From Epithemia pelagica (taxonomy: Eukaryota > Protista > Bacillariophyta), in contig OX337238.1 in the NCBI GenBank assembly GCA_946965045.2, positions 2,356,001 to 2,420,000 on the forward strand: 64,000 nt of DNA, read 5' to 3'. The notes below the pieces were generated by a model. The model did no database searches and was not told the DNA's origin. It saw only the letters and a list, made by a program, of their open reading frames with translations. Shown here one piece after another: positions 1-12,629 of this stretch. Positions within the stretch are counted from its first letter, which is position 1, and the number at the start of each line of letters is the position of its first letter. A program made the translations under genes and the position numbers.

Positions 1-1068
1 TTGCGGAATGTCCTTCGAAGGCTGCAAAGAATTGCTGCGAGGGGAGGATGCCTGGTCATCATAATACGAGGCCAACCCGACGGCTGTCAAGACGGAGGCT
101 GCGCCACCCAAGGAATGACCTGTTGTGTAAATCTTGAGCTCGTTTGCATCTGTTTGGAGGAATGGATGGGAGAGTCGTTTTGTATGCTGTTGTTGTTGTT
201 GACGACGGAAGTCGTGACGAATGGCTTGGACACGAGACAAAATTTGATCCATCAAGCCATGGTCAAAGACGGCATGATTGAATCCGGAATGGACTTTGGC
301 TCGCTTGTACGACGAGTCTGTGGCATTGCGATGTTTGTTGATTTGCTCTCCATCCCATTTGGAGGACACGAAAGAAGAGGATGGTTTGGGCAGCGTCCAG
401 TCATGACCATCCCCATAGGACGCTTTCCAAATATTGGCATCGAGCAAGGCCGTTTGCAAATTGTCAGTTCCAGCGAAAACGACCGTCACATACTCATGTT
501 GGTAGGACGAGACAATCATGAGTTGAATACCGAGACCGTGACGATCGTGATAATACCAATGGCACTGCAAATCGGCTGGTAGGGTGACATTGACATCCAA
601 ATCAAGGTGAGAGATGGGAAACAAACTCCGCCTTTTTAAAGGGTTGCTACGATTGTGGCGGCGGCGATTGTTGATGAGATCGCAAACGGCCGTGTCGTTG
701 GGTTCGGGTTTAAAGGAATAAATGAACAAGGATAAGGCTGCCATATCCATGGTTTCGTTCAAGGTCGGAAAGTCGTTGCCAATGTGTTGTACCCTCTTTT
801 GGTCCGACTGCCTGGTCGTGCTGGTTTCCAAAAGGGGACTTGGTACTTTCTCGGTGGTTTGAGCCGTCACCAGGAACGATTCCCCCAAGATCCTCCTGAA
901 CGATAAAGGACTCGTTGTCACTGTCATCACCAGGATGGACATTACGGCGCAAAAGAATCCGCCCACCATGACAATCAGAAAGGGTCCGAATCGTTGTGAC
1001 AACAGAGGACGAGTGCATTCGTACTCCTGGTTCAGGTCACCAGTCAGGGATTGTTGATGTCGTGCCAT
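1..1068 (-). CDS. Class 3 (fungal-type) lipase, partial; runs off the left end; missing from ORF track
   Basis: Manual translation from ATG at 1068 is open to position 1 (356 codons). It has an N-terminal hydrophobic segment (FLIVMVGGFFCAVMSILVM), VVFAGTD, KVHSGFN and the nucleophile elbow IYTTGHSLGGA. Confidence 0.85.
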   Translation of the reverse strand, partial: MARHQQSLTGDLNQEYECTRPLLSQRFGPFLIVMVGGFFCAVMSILVMTVTTSPLSFRRILGESFLVTAQTTEKVPSPLLETSTTRQSDQKRVQHIGNDFPTLNETMDMAALSLFIYSFKPEPNDTAVCDLINNRRRHNRSNPLKRRSLFPISHLDLDVNVTLPADLQCHWYYHDRHGLGIQLMIVSSYQHEYVTVVFAGTDNLQTALLDANIWKASYGDGHDWTLPKPSSSFVSSKWDGEQINKHRNATDSSYKRAKVHSGFNHAVFDHGLMDQILSRVQAIRHDFRRQQQQQHTKRLSHPFLQTDANELKIYTTGHSLGGAASVLTAVGLASYYDDQASSPRSNSLQPSKDIPQ

Positions 1069-1883
1069 GATCAAGAGTAAATAAACAGAAAACCCCGAGT
1101 CGTCGTGATTGTGAAAGCAGCCCTTTATCCTGTGACTGTCTCGAGACCAGAAAAGAAGAAATGGAATGTGGCAACAACAATACCTCGATACTCCTGCTTC
1201 TATTACCGCTCACACGCTACTTTGGTAGTGATTGCAATCTGATTCCGTCTGGCACCTTTTGTCAACATTTACTGCAACTGTATAGAGCCATGACACTGTG
1301 TTGTAGAGACAGCCGCCATTCTTGAGAGGCCAAGAAGAACATGTGACCACGACACAGCGTTGATGTTCTCGGGTCGTCCACTTCCGTTTGGTGGTGTACC
1401 TCCAAGCGCGTTGAGAATCGTCCATGCCCCCTTTTGTTAACTCATGAAGCTATCCGGGCTGGGGCGTACTTGGGCAGCCTCCGAAAAGCGATCTTCGTGC
1501 GACTTGATATGCTCTCAGACATTTTTGACAGACGTCAGATTCTTCAGGATGCGAGAATTGAACATGGCACATCATATCTGGCAAGAAGACGATAAAGAGA
1601 ACAGCGCCGAGGAATACACTCAACAGAGATAGACAACGACGACCGGTTCCTCCCTTTTTATGCCGAGCGACGAGCGACAAGCCATTCTTCGACACGAGTC
1701 CTAGTCTTGAATGTAGTATCCCTATGCGGTTGTGTTCGGACGGGGCATGAAACTTCCAGAGGCGCATTGTCCACAACGAGACGCTTGAATTCTCTCCTCG
1801 AGGTCCAACTCTCTCTCGAGTTTTGAGAAGAAGCTCAACACTAGGTATTCATTTTGCCACAACCCCTAAGCGCTGCATTTATC

Positions 1884-1943
1884 ATGGCAACAATCCAAGA
1901 AGAAGCAGCACACTGGTCGGGTCCTGCCTTTCGTGGCTGTGCC
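1884..1943 (+). pseudogene. 5' stub of a Kelch-family gene (K0), with a diverged copy of the shared promoter at ~1625-1883
   Basis: gcgctgcatttatcATGgcaacaatccaagaagaagca...gcctttcgtggctgtg matches the starts at 5402, 14622 and 20630, then joins directly to the sequence that lies downstream of the other Kelch genes. Confidence 0.75.
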
Positions 1944-2070
1944 TTTTACACGTAGCTGCGTGTCATGCAGATTATAAATCTGAAGCGGTTATTGAATAAT
2001 GAATTATGTGATAATTCATATGGAACATATCTCAAAACGCTCCATAGTGTGGAAAAGATACCCTGAGAGC
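1944..2070. repeat. Dispersed ~130-bp boundary element (other copies 12391-12510, 17156-17215, 23338-23477; degenerate copies ~8120-8930)
   Basis: Shared blocks GTAGCTCCGTGTCATGCAGATT, CTGAAGCGGTT and AACGCTCC(A/G)TAGTGTGG...GGAAAAGATACCCTGAG seen directly at each site. Confidence 0.8.
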
Positions 2071-2209
2071 GATCACGCAGTCTTTGCGGGATCACTGCTT
2101 CGCAGCAAAACCCCAAAAACAATGACGATTGACAGAACAGCAACGTACGATCCAAACTAGTTGCTGCAGCGTACCATACCGTAGTAATTGCAAAAAGCAC
2201 ACTTGGAGA

Positions 2210-3832
2210 ATGGAGGAGACAGTTGTGTTGGACGAACTTGAAGACGATGAGTCATTTAGCGAATGGTCTCTCGATGAAGAAACGCTCAAGCTGAGACCTG
2301 AGAAAATTACCAAGCGATCGCCGCTTCATGAACACTACGTGGCCCCTTTGTCGTTTCTCGTAGATGCTGTGCACTCGGGAAACTCCTTCAATATCAGTAG
2401 TGCGCGCGCACCTTTTGGAAACAATCTTGAGGCCTACGTGCGCCCGTGCTACGAAAGCATTCTTGAAGTGATTCTCCAGACAAGAAAAGCATGCGTCGAG
2501 AAGCGGAGAAAGAATGATCTGCCTTGGCGCTCGACAGTGTTTATCATCCGCGGGTCTTCTGGGATTGGGAAATCAACATTTCTAGGCTATTTTGTGGGCC
2601 GTGCTCGCTCGGGTGGAGACTTTTCTTAAATCGCTCTATTCTACAGTTCCAAGACCTCCATGGCGAGAACGGGCCAACCAATCCTATCCGAAACGGAGTG
2701 TTATGTTGTGCTGAATGGTGAAACGGTGGTGAAGGGAAAATATGATAATGTGCGGAATGAGTCGGATAAATATATTCCCAATATCGATCTCATTATCATG
2801 GATGGCTGTTCCATGCCCTTCGATCTGAGCAGATTCACTGGCACAGTGGTTGTCGCTGTGTCGCCGGGCTTGTACGTGAATAATCTCATAGATTCCATCG
2901 TTGATCATTATTTGTTGACGATGCCTCCAGTGCTGGACGAAGAAGCGCTGGAGATCGGCAACATGCTAGGAGTGGACGAATCTGTGGTACGAGGAAAGTT
3001 GGAGCACATGACAGGAATTACCCGGTATCTTTTTGAGCCTGGCCTTGCGAAACGAAAAGTCTTAGAGGTTGTAGATGAGGTCAACGCGTCCCGCATCACA
3101 AGGATGGTATCAATGCAGACATCAGACTGGGCCGGAAACTCTCTTGTTTTATGGTAGGTTGGCAATGACTTTACGGCCACCTCCAGCTTTGAGTTGGTTT
3201 CAGGCTACGCGAAAAGGTTAGTGGCCAAAAAACTTTGTCTCGAGTCTGCGGCCGAGCTGAAGACTGCGATGCAAGATATGGTACCACTCTCGGGGGCCGA
3301 AGCGTATGCAGACGCTCTCTTTGAGGCATACGCTATTCGAACGATACAAGGAGGATGTAATCTTGTCATGCGCTCTCTCGGAGATGGCAAGACGGTCAAA
3401 ACACTTTGGATCCCACCCTTCAGCGCAGATCCAACCATAGTTGAAAGCAACGATCTGACAGAAACCATTGTGCCTTATGACGATGTTCGCGTCTTGGACT
3501 CAGAGTCTGGTCAGTTTTCACCGCGTCTCCTGTGGCCCACTACGACCAACTTTCCATCGTTTGATTGTTTCTACTTCCATACTACCGGCGAGGTATTTCC
3601 GCTGCTCATGACTATTGCAAGAGTCCACGACTTGCAGAATAGTGGCGCTGCGAAGACCAAACGCTACTTGGACGGAATGCTCGGATCTCACAGGCCCAAA
3701 CAGTATCCGGCTGTGTTCGTTGTGCCGACCGATATTGCTGCAAGATTCACGAAGCAGAAGTTCACCGGGCCAGTCAACAAAGAGAAAGCAGACTATGCGC
3801 CGGGTTTTGAACAATGGGTCGTGGGACTTTGA
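2210..3832 (+). pseudogene. Crinkler/RHS-like P-loop NTPase + restriction-endonuclease-fold protein, copy 1 (two in-frame nonsense codons)
   Basis: ORFs 2129-2629, 2660-3157 and 3194-3832 share one frame. Motifs: Walker A GSSGIGKS, Walker B-like LIIMDG, TGITRYLF, C-terminal LLWPTTTNFPSFDCFY...LLMTIARVH. TAA 2627 and TAG 3155 correspond to AAA and AAG in copy 2. Confidence 0.75.
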
Positions 3833-3855
3833 TGCAGTTTGAGGCATCTACCGTC

Positions 3856-4916
3856 TTAGGGCATACATTTGTTGTATCGCTTCTCATGCCATCCGCCTTC
3901 CTTATGCACTAGGTAGTCGATAGGGTGAATTGGCATGTCATCGTCGCCCTTTAATAGCAACAGCGGCCTATCCATCATCATATACCATTTGCCTTGACGA
4001 CGGAACATTTCGCACTCGAAGGATTCTATCTCTACGGGTAGGACTCCAGATCGGACGAGATGCTCCAACCCGCTAAGGTCATTTGCGTATGCTCGTGGTG
4101 TGTCCGGATTGGGTCCTCAGCATAATCTCTTGGGCGAGTTGTATCCTGTGAGAAAGAATTCGCGAAGACAGTCTTCCTCTTGCTCGGCAAGAAGTCAGTT
4201 TACTGCCGCAAGTAGACAACGCACAACCAAATCGCGAATGGGGACTCACATGAAAATCCAACCTCATTCATGTTCATCGTTGTCGTCTTGGTCTTCAAAT
4301 CCGATTCGAAAAAGCCATGTTGAATCGTTTACGTCACAAACAATTGGAAGACCAACTTGTGATGAAGCAACATATTTTGTTTCGATAGAATTTCTTCGGA
4401 TTGCCCGTATTGTAGGGAAAGTTCGGTCGAAACAAGCAGTGGAAAAGTTAGTGGGAGCTGTTAATATCAAGAACAGAAGGTCCTGAGGCGTTGGGTCCCA
4501 ATTCATCAGAGGCAACCTTTTCCCCACAGATTATAAAGCTGCCTCCTCTCTGGTGGTTGTAAAAGCCGTGGGACACTATGAAGCGCAAGCGTACACGCGG
4601 GGAAATCTAAGATACGATCCATTCTTCACAACGGCGACAAAGTTTGTACGCATGGTAACCCTTGGGTAGCCAAGGAATGTTCTGATTCACTTTTGTTTCA
4701 AACAATGTTCTGACGTTGTCAATTGTTGAATCACACTCAGCTCGAGGAAAGGTTTGTTCCAAAATAAATTCACTTGGCCGGCTGGAACGCCGAGCACGAA
4801 CGGACACAGTGCAGCAGCGTAGAATTTTCAAAGATCTTTGACTCCTTTGTCGAGACCTTGGCTGTAAATCAATTGCACGGACACACATTGTCTAATGAAT
4901 TCGGAGCAGACGACAT
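3856..4916 (-). pseudogene. Decayed paralogue of gene X (12630-13934), copy 1
   Basis: Manually translated fragments align with gene X: VQLIYSQG..FYAAALCPFVLGVPAGQV vs VHLIFSEG..VYGIALFPFVLGVPPDRV; PWLPKGYHAY vs KWFPSGYHDY; DSTWLFRIGFED vs DFTYAFRVSED; LVRSGVLPVEIESFECEMFRRQGKWY vs LLRNGSLTINPEAFKCKLFRNSHLWY. Multiple stops and frameshifts. Confidence 0.75.
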
Positions 4917-4989
4917 GGTACATGGTGAAGGAGAGAGGACGACGGACCTGCGGCAGTAGACGGACTATGGAGAGACCGTCTTGATTGGG

Positions 4990-5401
4990 TACTCCCTGGC
5001 AACTTTTCATCGCACTTCGGCAGAGAAAGAAAGACCTTCCTAGACTCACAAACCGCGAGAGCGTAAGCTTTGACAGAAGGAAAGGGCCGACAACGACAAT
5101 GGACAGAGATGGACAACGATGACCGGTTCAACTTTTACGCCGCGCGACAAGCCATTCGTTGGCACTAGTTACGTAGTCTTGAAAAGCACCTTATCCTGCA
5201 AATTTTCTCTCAAACCGCAAACCACGGAAGATGAGAAATGCGAAACTTCCAGTCGGTGACGCGCGTCGGCCACAACGAGACGTTTCGGCGTGGTCCAATT
5301 CTCTCGAGTTTTGAGGAGAACCGCAGAATTGGCCCGTCCACCAGTCCGAAGGTAGACACTCATAACTCAATTTGCCACAACGCGAAAGCGCTGCATTTAT
5401 C
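4990..5401. promoter_or_regulatory. Shared divergent intergenic/promoter region between gene X family and Kelch gene (copies ~14170-14621, ~20215-20629, diverged ~1625-1883)
   Basis: Near-identical non-coding sequence precedes each Kelch ATG, including the palindrome GACGCGCGTC and the inverted repeat CCAATTCT...AGAATTGG. Promoter function is inferred from position. Confidence 0.6.
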
Positions 5402-7807
5402 ATGGCATCGATCAAAGAAAAAGCACTCTTATCGGGCCTTGCCTTTCGTGGCTGTGACAATGACACGAAACCAAAATGGAATTCTTCCAAATGGCCACCG
5501 TTTTTGGATGGAGAAGACCGAGAACACTATGCTTCCGTAGTCGTTGATCATGCAGAACAGCAACACCAAACCGTCGTGGTTATCGGAGGAGAAGACGATG
5601 ATTATGAAACAATAGATAGCGTTTTTCTCTTAAATGTTGGAGAAGAAACCAAGAAGTGGCGAAAAGGGCCGGCATTGAATGGGCCGAGAAGTTATCATTC
5701 AGCAGTGGTTTGCAATGGCGGGGTCTATGCAATAGGAGGTGGGAATCAGTTGGACACCATCGAACGAATTGATGTTGAAGATTTGCTGCAAGTGCAATCA
5801 TCGAACAACTCCAAGAAATGGATTACTCTGAAGTGTCGCTTGTCCACTGAAAGAGATGACTCGCCAGGTGCAGCGGTGGTACATAATCGATTCATTGTTG
5901 TCGCGGGTGGTCGCAATAGTACATCGGGAGTCTTGTCGTCGGTTGACGTAATTGATACCACAGTGAAAGACCAACATACAGTCATTGCCGGGCCCTCCTT
6001 GAGTGTTCCACGCTGCTGTTGTGGAATGGCTGTTATTGGGAGTTGTCTTTATGTGGTTGGTGGAGACGGTAACAAGAGGAATGGACCACTCGACTCGGTC
6101 GAGTATTTGGAATTTACGTGCAGTGAAAATGCCAGCTTCCTTTTCCCCACTACGTCCAGTTGGACAATCCACGAGACCCTTGTTTTACCCTAGCCACTGA
6201 GCGTTAATGCTGTCGCAAAGGTGGGAAAGTGTATGATTGTGGCTGGAACTGAAGACAATTCCGCATGCTTCTCTTTAGTGCAAGTATTGGACACACAACG
6301 AAATGTGGTATGGAGCCTTCCTACGTGTGAAGAGGGAGACGATGAATACTGCACCATGGTTGCCACATCCATGGAGATTATTGCAATTGCATACGATGGA
6401 ACATCCACTACCATACCATTGGTTAGTGAACGAGATGTCTCGAACCCTGTAGACGTTTCCAACAAGCTTGCACCAGAGATCTCCATCCCAATAGACTTTT
6501 ACAACAAGCTTGTGGAAATCGACGATGGTGATGATGATGATATAATTTTCAAGGTCCATGATTTAGCATCACTTATCTCGAATGTGCACGAATTGAAGAT
6601 ATTCTGCACGTATCTCAATTATCTTTGTCGCACTTCTCAAATCGATGACAGAGATTGGCAACGCTACATGTTGAAAGCGTTGAAGGAGATGGCTAAGACC
6701 ACAGACAGTATGAATCATGACGATCGCACAATATTTGGACTGGTCATCAACAAATGCTGTCGTGATGGAGTCGATTGGGACCCTTGCTCTGTGCAACATG
6801 CAGTTTCTGCTTCCTCACCCTCCAAGACTTTGTCCTCTGAGTCTGACTTTCGGAAACAACTCGCAAACACTGATATTCGAGTTGGGCTCATTTGTCCCTT
6901 CTCCAAAGGTCGGTCAAAAAATGGCTCCAATGAAAATGATTTTCTTGACATATGCTTAGAGTTGGGTCGGTCTTTGAAAGAAGTCTGTAAAGTATCGGAA
7001 CGCCAGAATTTCAAGAAAACTGCAGCCGCTGTAATGTGCTCTGTTCTGAACGCATTGTCATTTGATGCTGCTCAGAATGAAGATGTTGCGCGTCGTGTGA
7101 TCTCCCAGTCTGCACTTTGTCAGATTGTTGATTTTGGTGATGTGGCTCATATTTGTTCTGTTGTGGATCAAATTGGTGTCAAACGTCTTCAGCACGCTTG
7201 TGATGTGGGACGCACGATTGTACAGAGGGCTGTGGTGTCATCAGTGTCCGACTTCAAGGAGCAACAGGAAGTGGATTTGGTGACAGCGTTGGGTCTTTTG
7301 GCGAATGAATCGAAAAAATTGAAGGAGAGTGCAGGTCACGTTGAAGCCGTCACAGTGTTAGCCCTGGTTGTGACGGCTGCTTTGTGTTGTACTCAAGACA
7401 GTAGATGGCCAATTGTCACCATGGAATCAGAACCGGGTCCGTCCTTGAAGTCGTCGCTTGTCACAAAGAGCAGCAATGGCTACACCATTCCCGGGGTTGC
7501 TCGAGCATCCGAATGCAATTCTGATGATGATAATAATTGTTATCGCGGTGGTGGTCGCGCTAGAAATCATGAGAATCAACTGGAACATTGTGATGTAATG
7601 CATACCAACCGAAAAGATGGAAAGCGTATGGATCCGCTTGAGAAGCAGAGTGCACAAGCCTATGCCGACAACGACAACATGGTCATGGAACTCAAGGGCA
7701 TGGTGATTGACCTCAAGGACAGGGTGCTCGAACTGTCCCATCGATTAGATCGAGAGAACCGTTGCTCTATAGCAGGAAAGAAGGATGACACAGCAAAAAA
7801 GGAGTGA
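5402..7807 (+). pseudogene. Kelch-repeat + helical-domain protein K1, single in-frame TAG at 6191-6193
   Basis: ORFs 5372-6193 and 6221-7807 are in the same frame; TAG corresponds to GAG in the 14622 paralogue. Kelch blades (R..HSAVV..G.VYAIGG, FIVVAGG, LYVVGG), then IDFYNKLVEIDD...FKVHDLA and a C-terminal coiled coil. Confidence 0.8.
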
Positions 7808-9249
7808 CAGACGAAAGGTATGCGCCCAGAAAAGAGAACTCGTCGCAGTGGAAACAAATTACAAATTAGGATGGTTCATCAGAGCATTTGTGCTTGTACT
7901 GGAATCGTATCTACTGGAGACAAGAATGATATTGAAACCATGTAACTGGTGACATGACTATGCAGAAGAGGAGGCCGAGGACACAATTGCCATGTAGAAT
8001 GAAGAATGAAACGAGAATATGCTAGGGGATACTCGTTCCAAATATAAGCTGGTAGAGGTCATTGCCATGCATATTTTAGAGCCTCAGCGGTTTTTATCAA
8101 TAACAATATCCTCATAAAGATTCATCAGCTAGAACTTCAAACGATCGGTAGTGTGCCAGAGGGTACCCCATAACCACCAGAGCCATATTAAGAGGCATTA
8201 TCCGTGTAAACAAATCAGATATCAGTCCTTTGTTTTCTCTCCAACGGCACTGCTTATACTACGATGAGTGTTATCAACTGTGGACGAGAAAAGTTATACA
8301 AATCTCGGAACCGACGACTATATGATTAAGAGGAGTAGGCCAAAGATACAAGCCACAATCATGCACCCGAGGACAAGGTCACGGATGCATTCACTAATAG
8401 GAGTATCTAGATGAATGAGAATATACTACCCCCATAGCATCGTGGAGCAGGTAGATACATGTCATGCACATTATATGACCTGAGCGGGTCGGCATCAGAT
8501 TGATTTTCTGCAGAAAACAAAGTTATAGAACTTAAAGCGCTTGGTAGTTGGAAGTGTGATCCCTGATCCATCAAATCGCTCTGACGGCAGAACGCTTTCT
8601 GGGAGCGAAACTATATTGAACCATTGCCACAAGAAGAAAGGTGACCCGAAGAAGAATCAAGTTCACTGAGCATCTCGCATCATAGGGAAAGAGAACAAAA
8701 GGAACCGAAAGCGAATGTCTAAGAAAAGGAAAATATTTTGGCTCACCTGGTGGGTCCTTGTGAATTATGTGGCAAAGATATGGAGCAGGTAGCGCACTGT
8801 CATGCACATACCGCACTGTATAGCCTCAGCACTTCATCAACAGACGCATAATTTGAAAATTTGACTGTTCGAAGTGAAAGAGATCGGTCTCGGTAGTGTA
8901 AATTCTGGAAAGGACACCAGAGTCATCAAGACACTTCTTCATACCATCACATTTTTGACATCAAAGTCCTCTGTTTCTCTCCGACGAAAATTCTTGACAA
9001 ATGACAAAGTGATCAGAAAAGCTTTGGTTTCGTGGTAGGGTCGCTGGCACAGAGCACCTGCCATCTCAAAGATGAAGACAAATGCGATGAGAAATAAGTG
9101 ACGGCGCTTGTGAATCTTGTGGTTGTCTGGTTATTGTCGTACACGTAAAAACTTCTTGGTGATGGTCCGTCCGTCACATTCTCAGGTTTTGATGCGAAGA
9201 CCGAAGACCCCTAGCGGCACAGCCCTCAGTGATTCTTTTGATTGCGTCC

Positions 9250-12196
9250 ATGATGACAACGATCCAAGAACAAGCACTCTTGTCGGGCCTTGCCTTTCTC
9301 AGCTATGACAATGAGACAGTACCAAAGTGGGAATCATCAGAATGGCCACCTCTCTTGGGCGATCGTTGTGGACATGCATCAGTTGTGTTGGATCATCCTA
9401 GCAAGCAACACCAAACCGTTGTGGTAGTTGGAGGTCAAGGTATCGTGGATACCGTGGATACCGTTGTTCTCTTGAATACCCGAGAAAAAAACAAACGGTG
9501 GAGGAAAGGGCCGGGACTAAACGAAAAGAGGTTTTGTCATGCAGCAGTGGTCTGCAATGGTGGTGTTTATGTGATCGGAGGGTGGGGGAATGTGTCAGAG
9601 CTAGCTACCATCGAAAGAATTGATGTTGATGACTTGGTGAGATCATCATCCACTACGAGCATGGGAAAGAAATGGAGGACTTTACTCTGTCGCTTGTCAG
9701 CACCAAGAGACGACCGCCCTGGTGTTGCCGCAGTTCAAAATCGATTCATTGTTGTCGCTGGTGGTGATGATGGAAACAATGCTGTTCTGCCATCTGTTGA
9801 CATAGTTGATACCGCAGTGAAAGACAGACACATTGTTGCTGCAGGACCGTCCTTAAATGTTGAACGGTGTAATTGTGGAATGGCTACAATCGGTCATCGT
9901 CTAATGTTGAACGGTGCAATTGTGGAATGGCTACAATCGGTCATCGTCTCTATGTACTGGGCGGAAAAGATGATGAAGGGAATGAACTGGACTCTGTAGA
10001 ATATATAGAGTTCAACGGTGTTGTGGATGGAAACAGTCCCCCGAACGCAAGCTCCTCCGTCTTTCCATCGACGTGCACTTGGACGGTCCACAACAATCTA
10101 GTCTTATCAGAGCCGCAACGCGTCCCTTGTCGTAAATGTGGGGATGTGTCTGATTGTTGCTGGAGTTAATACAGTCGACGTAGTAGACACGGAACGAGAT
10201 GTGGTTTGGAGCTTTCCAAAGGTTACCGGTGCATCCTATATGCGCAGTATAGTTGCCATATCCTCCGGAGTAGCTCTTATTGGAGTTGATAGACGTGGGA
10301 CGTGTGAGACATTGTCATTAGTTGAAGCAAACGAAGAACTAACGGTACGGATTTGATTTCAAGTTCGGTTTTATGCTCTCATGGAAATGAATATCCCAAC
10401 TCTGCTCAACTCACAATACGTCCCTTTCTTGATTCCTTTTTTTCCGAAGCACAAATATGCTCGTAGTGCAGAGCAAGAACAAGAAACCCGCAAGAACCAC
10501 AGCTCAGCTCAACGGGTGATCGTAGACGATGGTCGCACCGCAAATGCATTTGGTCACACTTCGAAAGGAAGACTGTTTTTGCAGGACGGCGACGAATTTC
10601 GATCTCTGCAAAAAGTACAAGATGAGCTTGAGAAACTCCAAATCGATGTCCAACGCATCTCAGTTGACAACGCGGAATGCATTCCTCTAATTAAAAGGAT
10701 CAAGTCGATCCAAAAACTTCTTTTCTGCAGTATGACTGTCGAAGATGAAATGAAGCCTCCCTGTCAATCATTGCAATATGCTCATGGTTGCGAAGAGGTC
10801 TCTCTCCCTATAGACTTCTACAACAAGCTCGAAGCAACAGATGAGAGAAATGATGAAAGTATTTTCAAGGTCCATGATTTAGCATTATTAGTCTCTAATG
10901 TGCACGAATTGAAGCTGTTCTACACAATTCTAAATTATCTCCGCCGCTCTTCTCAAGTCGATGACAAAGATTGGCACCGCTACATATCCAAGGCATTGAA
11001 GGAGACGGCCATGACTACAGACAGCATGAATCATGACGATCGCACAATATTTGGACAGGTCACCAACCAATGCCGCCGCGATGGAGTCAAATTGGACGCT
11101 TGCACAGTGCAACATTCAGTTTCTGGTTCTTCGTCGTCCAAGACTTGGTCCTCCGAAGTTGACTTTCGGAAACAACGATATTCGAGTTGGAGTCATTCAT
11201 CCTCAATCAAATGGTCAATCATGTCTATGCAGCGCAAAAAGATCGGACTGCAACGACCATGATTTTCTTGACAAATGCAAAAAGTTGGGTTGGTCTGTAA
11301 AGGAAATGCGTAAAGCACTGGAGCAACACAACTACAAAACAGCTGCAGTGGCTGCGATCTGCTCTGTTTTGAACGCATTGTCATTTGATACTGTCCGGAA
11401 TGAGGATTGTGGGCGTCATGTGGTCTCCCAGTCTGCGCTTTGTCAGATTGTTGATTTTGGTGATGTGGCTCATATTTGTTCTGTTGTGGATCAAATTGGT
11501 GACAAACGTCTTCAGCACGCTTGTGATGTGGGACGCTCGATTATCCAGAGGGCTCTGGTATCGTCACTGTCTGATCCAAGCAAGCAACAGCGAGTTGATT
11601 TGGTGACAGCATTGGGTCTTTTGGCGAATAAAACGAAAAAGTTGAAGGAGAGTGAAGGTCACGTTGAAGCCGTTACAGTGTTGGCCCTAGTTGTGACGGC
11701 AGCCTTGTGTTGTAATCAAGACGGTACACTGTCAATCCTCGACATGGACTCGGTACCTGGTCCATTCTCCATGTCCTTGCTGGCCAGCAAGTCCGGCACT
11801 ATCTCAACCACCCCCAGTGGGGCTGGGGCATCTACACGTTTTGACGATGATAGTATTCGTGGTGTTGATCAGGTAGAGGAACGGCTCAGTTTGCAGGGAC
11901 AGTATGAGTCGAAACCGCAACATTGCAATAGAATGCGTCCCGAAGAAAACGACGAAATGGGAGCGAGGAAAATGGTACCTGGAACGATCGATCGAGCGGG
12001 TCGGCTTGAGAAGCAGAATGCACGAGCGAAAGCTGACGAGAACGACAATAACAATAGGGATATAATGGTCCTGGAATTGAAGGGAATGATGATGGACCTC
12101 AAGGACAAGATGCTTCAATTATCCGATCGAATTGATGGTATGGAACATGCCGAAGCACAAGATCGAAAGAAACGAAAAAGATTGAATATGAACTGA
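9250..12196 (+). pseudogene. Kelch + helical-hairpin + helical-domain gene K2, frameshifted; predicted intron 10345-10449
   Basis: Kelch ORF pieces 9229-9999, 9873-10169 and 10138-10356; GTACGG...CCGAAG phase-0 intron at the same position as in K7 and K8. Lesions: 47-bp tandem duplication at 9856-9949, an indel near 10125 and an 11-bp deletion near 11176 relative to K3/K4. Ends DRKKRKRLNMN. Confidence 0.8.
9856..9949 (+). repeat. 47-bp tandem duplication causing a frameshift in K2
   Basis: aatgttgaacggtg(t/c)aattgtggaatggctacaatcggtcatcgtct occurs twice back to back. Confidence 0.95.
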
Positions 12197-12510
12197 GTGA
12201 TTCCGTGGAGTGAACATGCTTATACTGAAGCCGTATCGGCTGTGCTCAAGAACGATACGAAAAGATGATAATCAATAGTAGCCAATAGTCAATATTGAGT
12301 AGTATCAATACCGTCCATACAATCACCCTACGAATAAAATGTTCTCCTACTCTTAGTTGGAACAAGAATTTTCAGTGGGAGTAGTAGTAATGCCTTGTAC
12401 AGGTAGCTCCGTGTCATGCAGATTAAAAATCTGAAGCGGTTTAATGACTGATGAATTATGTCTGACAATTCATATGGAACATATTTCCAAACGCTCCGTA
12501 TTGTGGCATG

Positions 12511-12590
12511 TCGATTTCGATGCTGTCTGGCATGAGGATTGTGGGCGTCGTGTGGTCTCCCAGTCTGCACTTTGTCAGATTGTTGTTTTT
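12511..12590 (+). pseudogene. Short orphan fragment of the Kelch-family helical domain
   Basis: gatgctgtctggcatgaggattgtgggcgtcgtgtggtctcccagtctgcactttgtcagattgttg matches ~16295-16360 and ~22309-22375; it sits between the boundary element and the gene X stop. Confidence 0.8.
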
Positions 12591-12629
12591 GTGATGAGTT
12601 AGAACAGGAAACTGCATTTCTGCCTTGGC

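Noticed and set aside
1-582. 193-aa plus-strand ORF
   Set aside because: Antisense shadow of the lipase frame; no motifs.
12391-12510. tRNA, rRNA or snRNA identity for the conserved non-coding repeats
   Set aside because: No cloverleaf, A/B boxes or recognisable rRNA/snRNA motifs could be read; no RNA genes were identified in the window.
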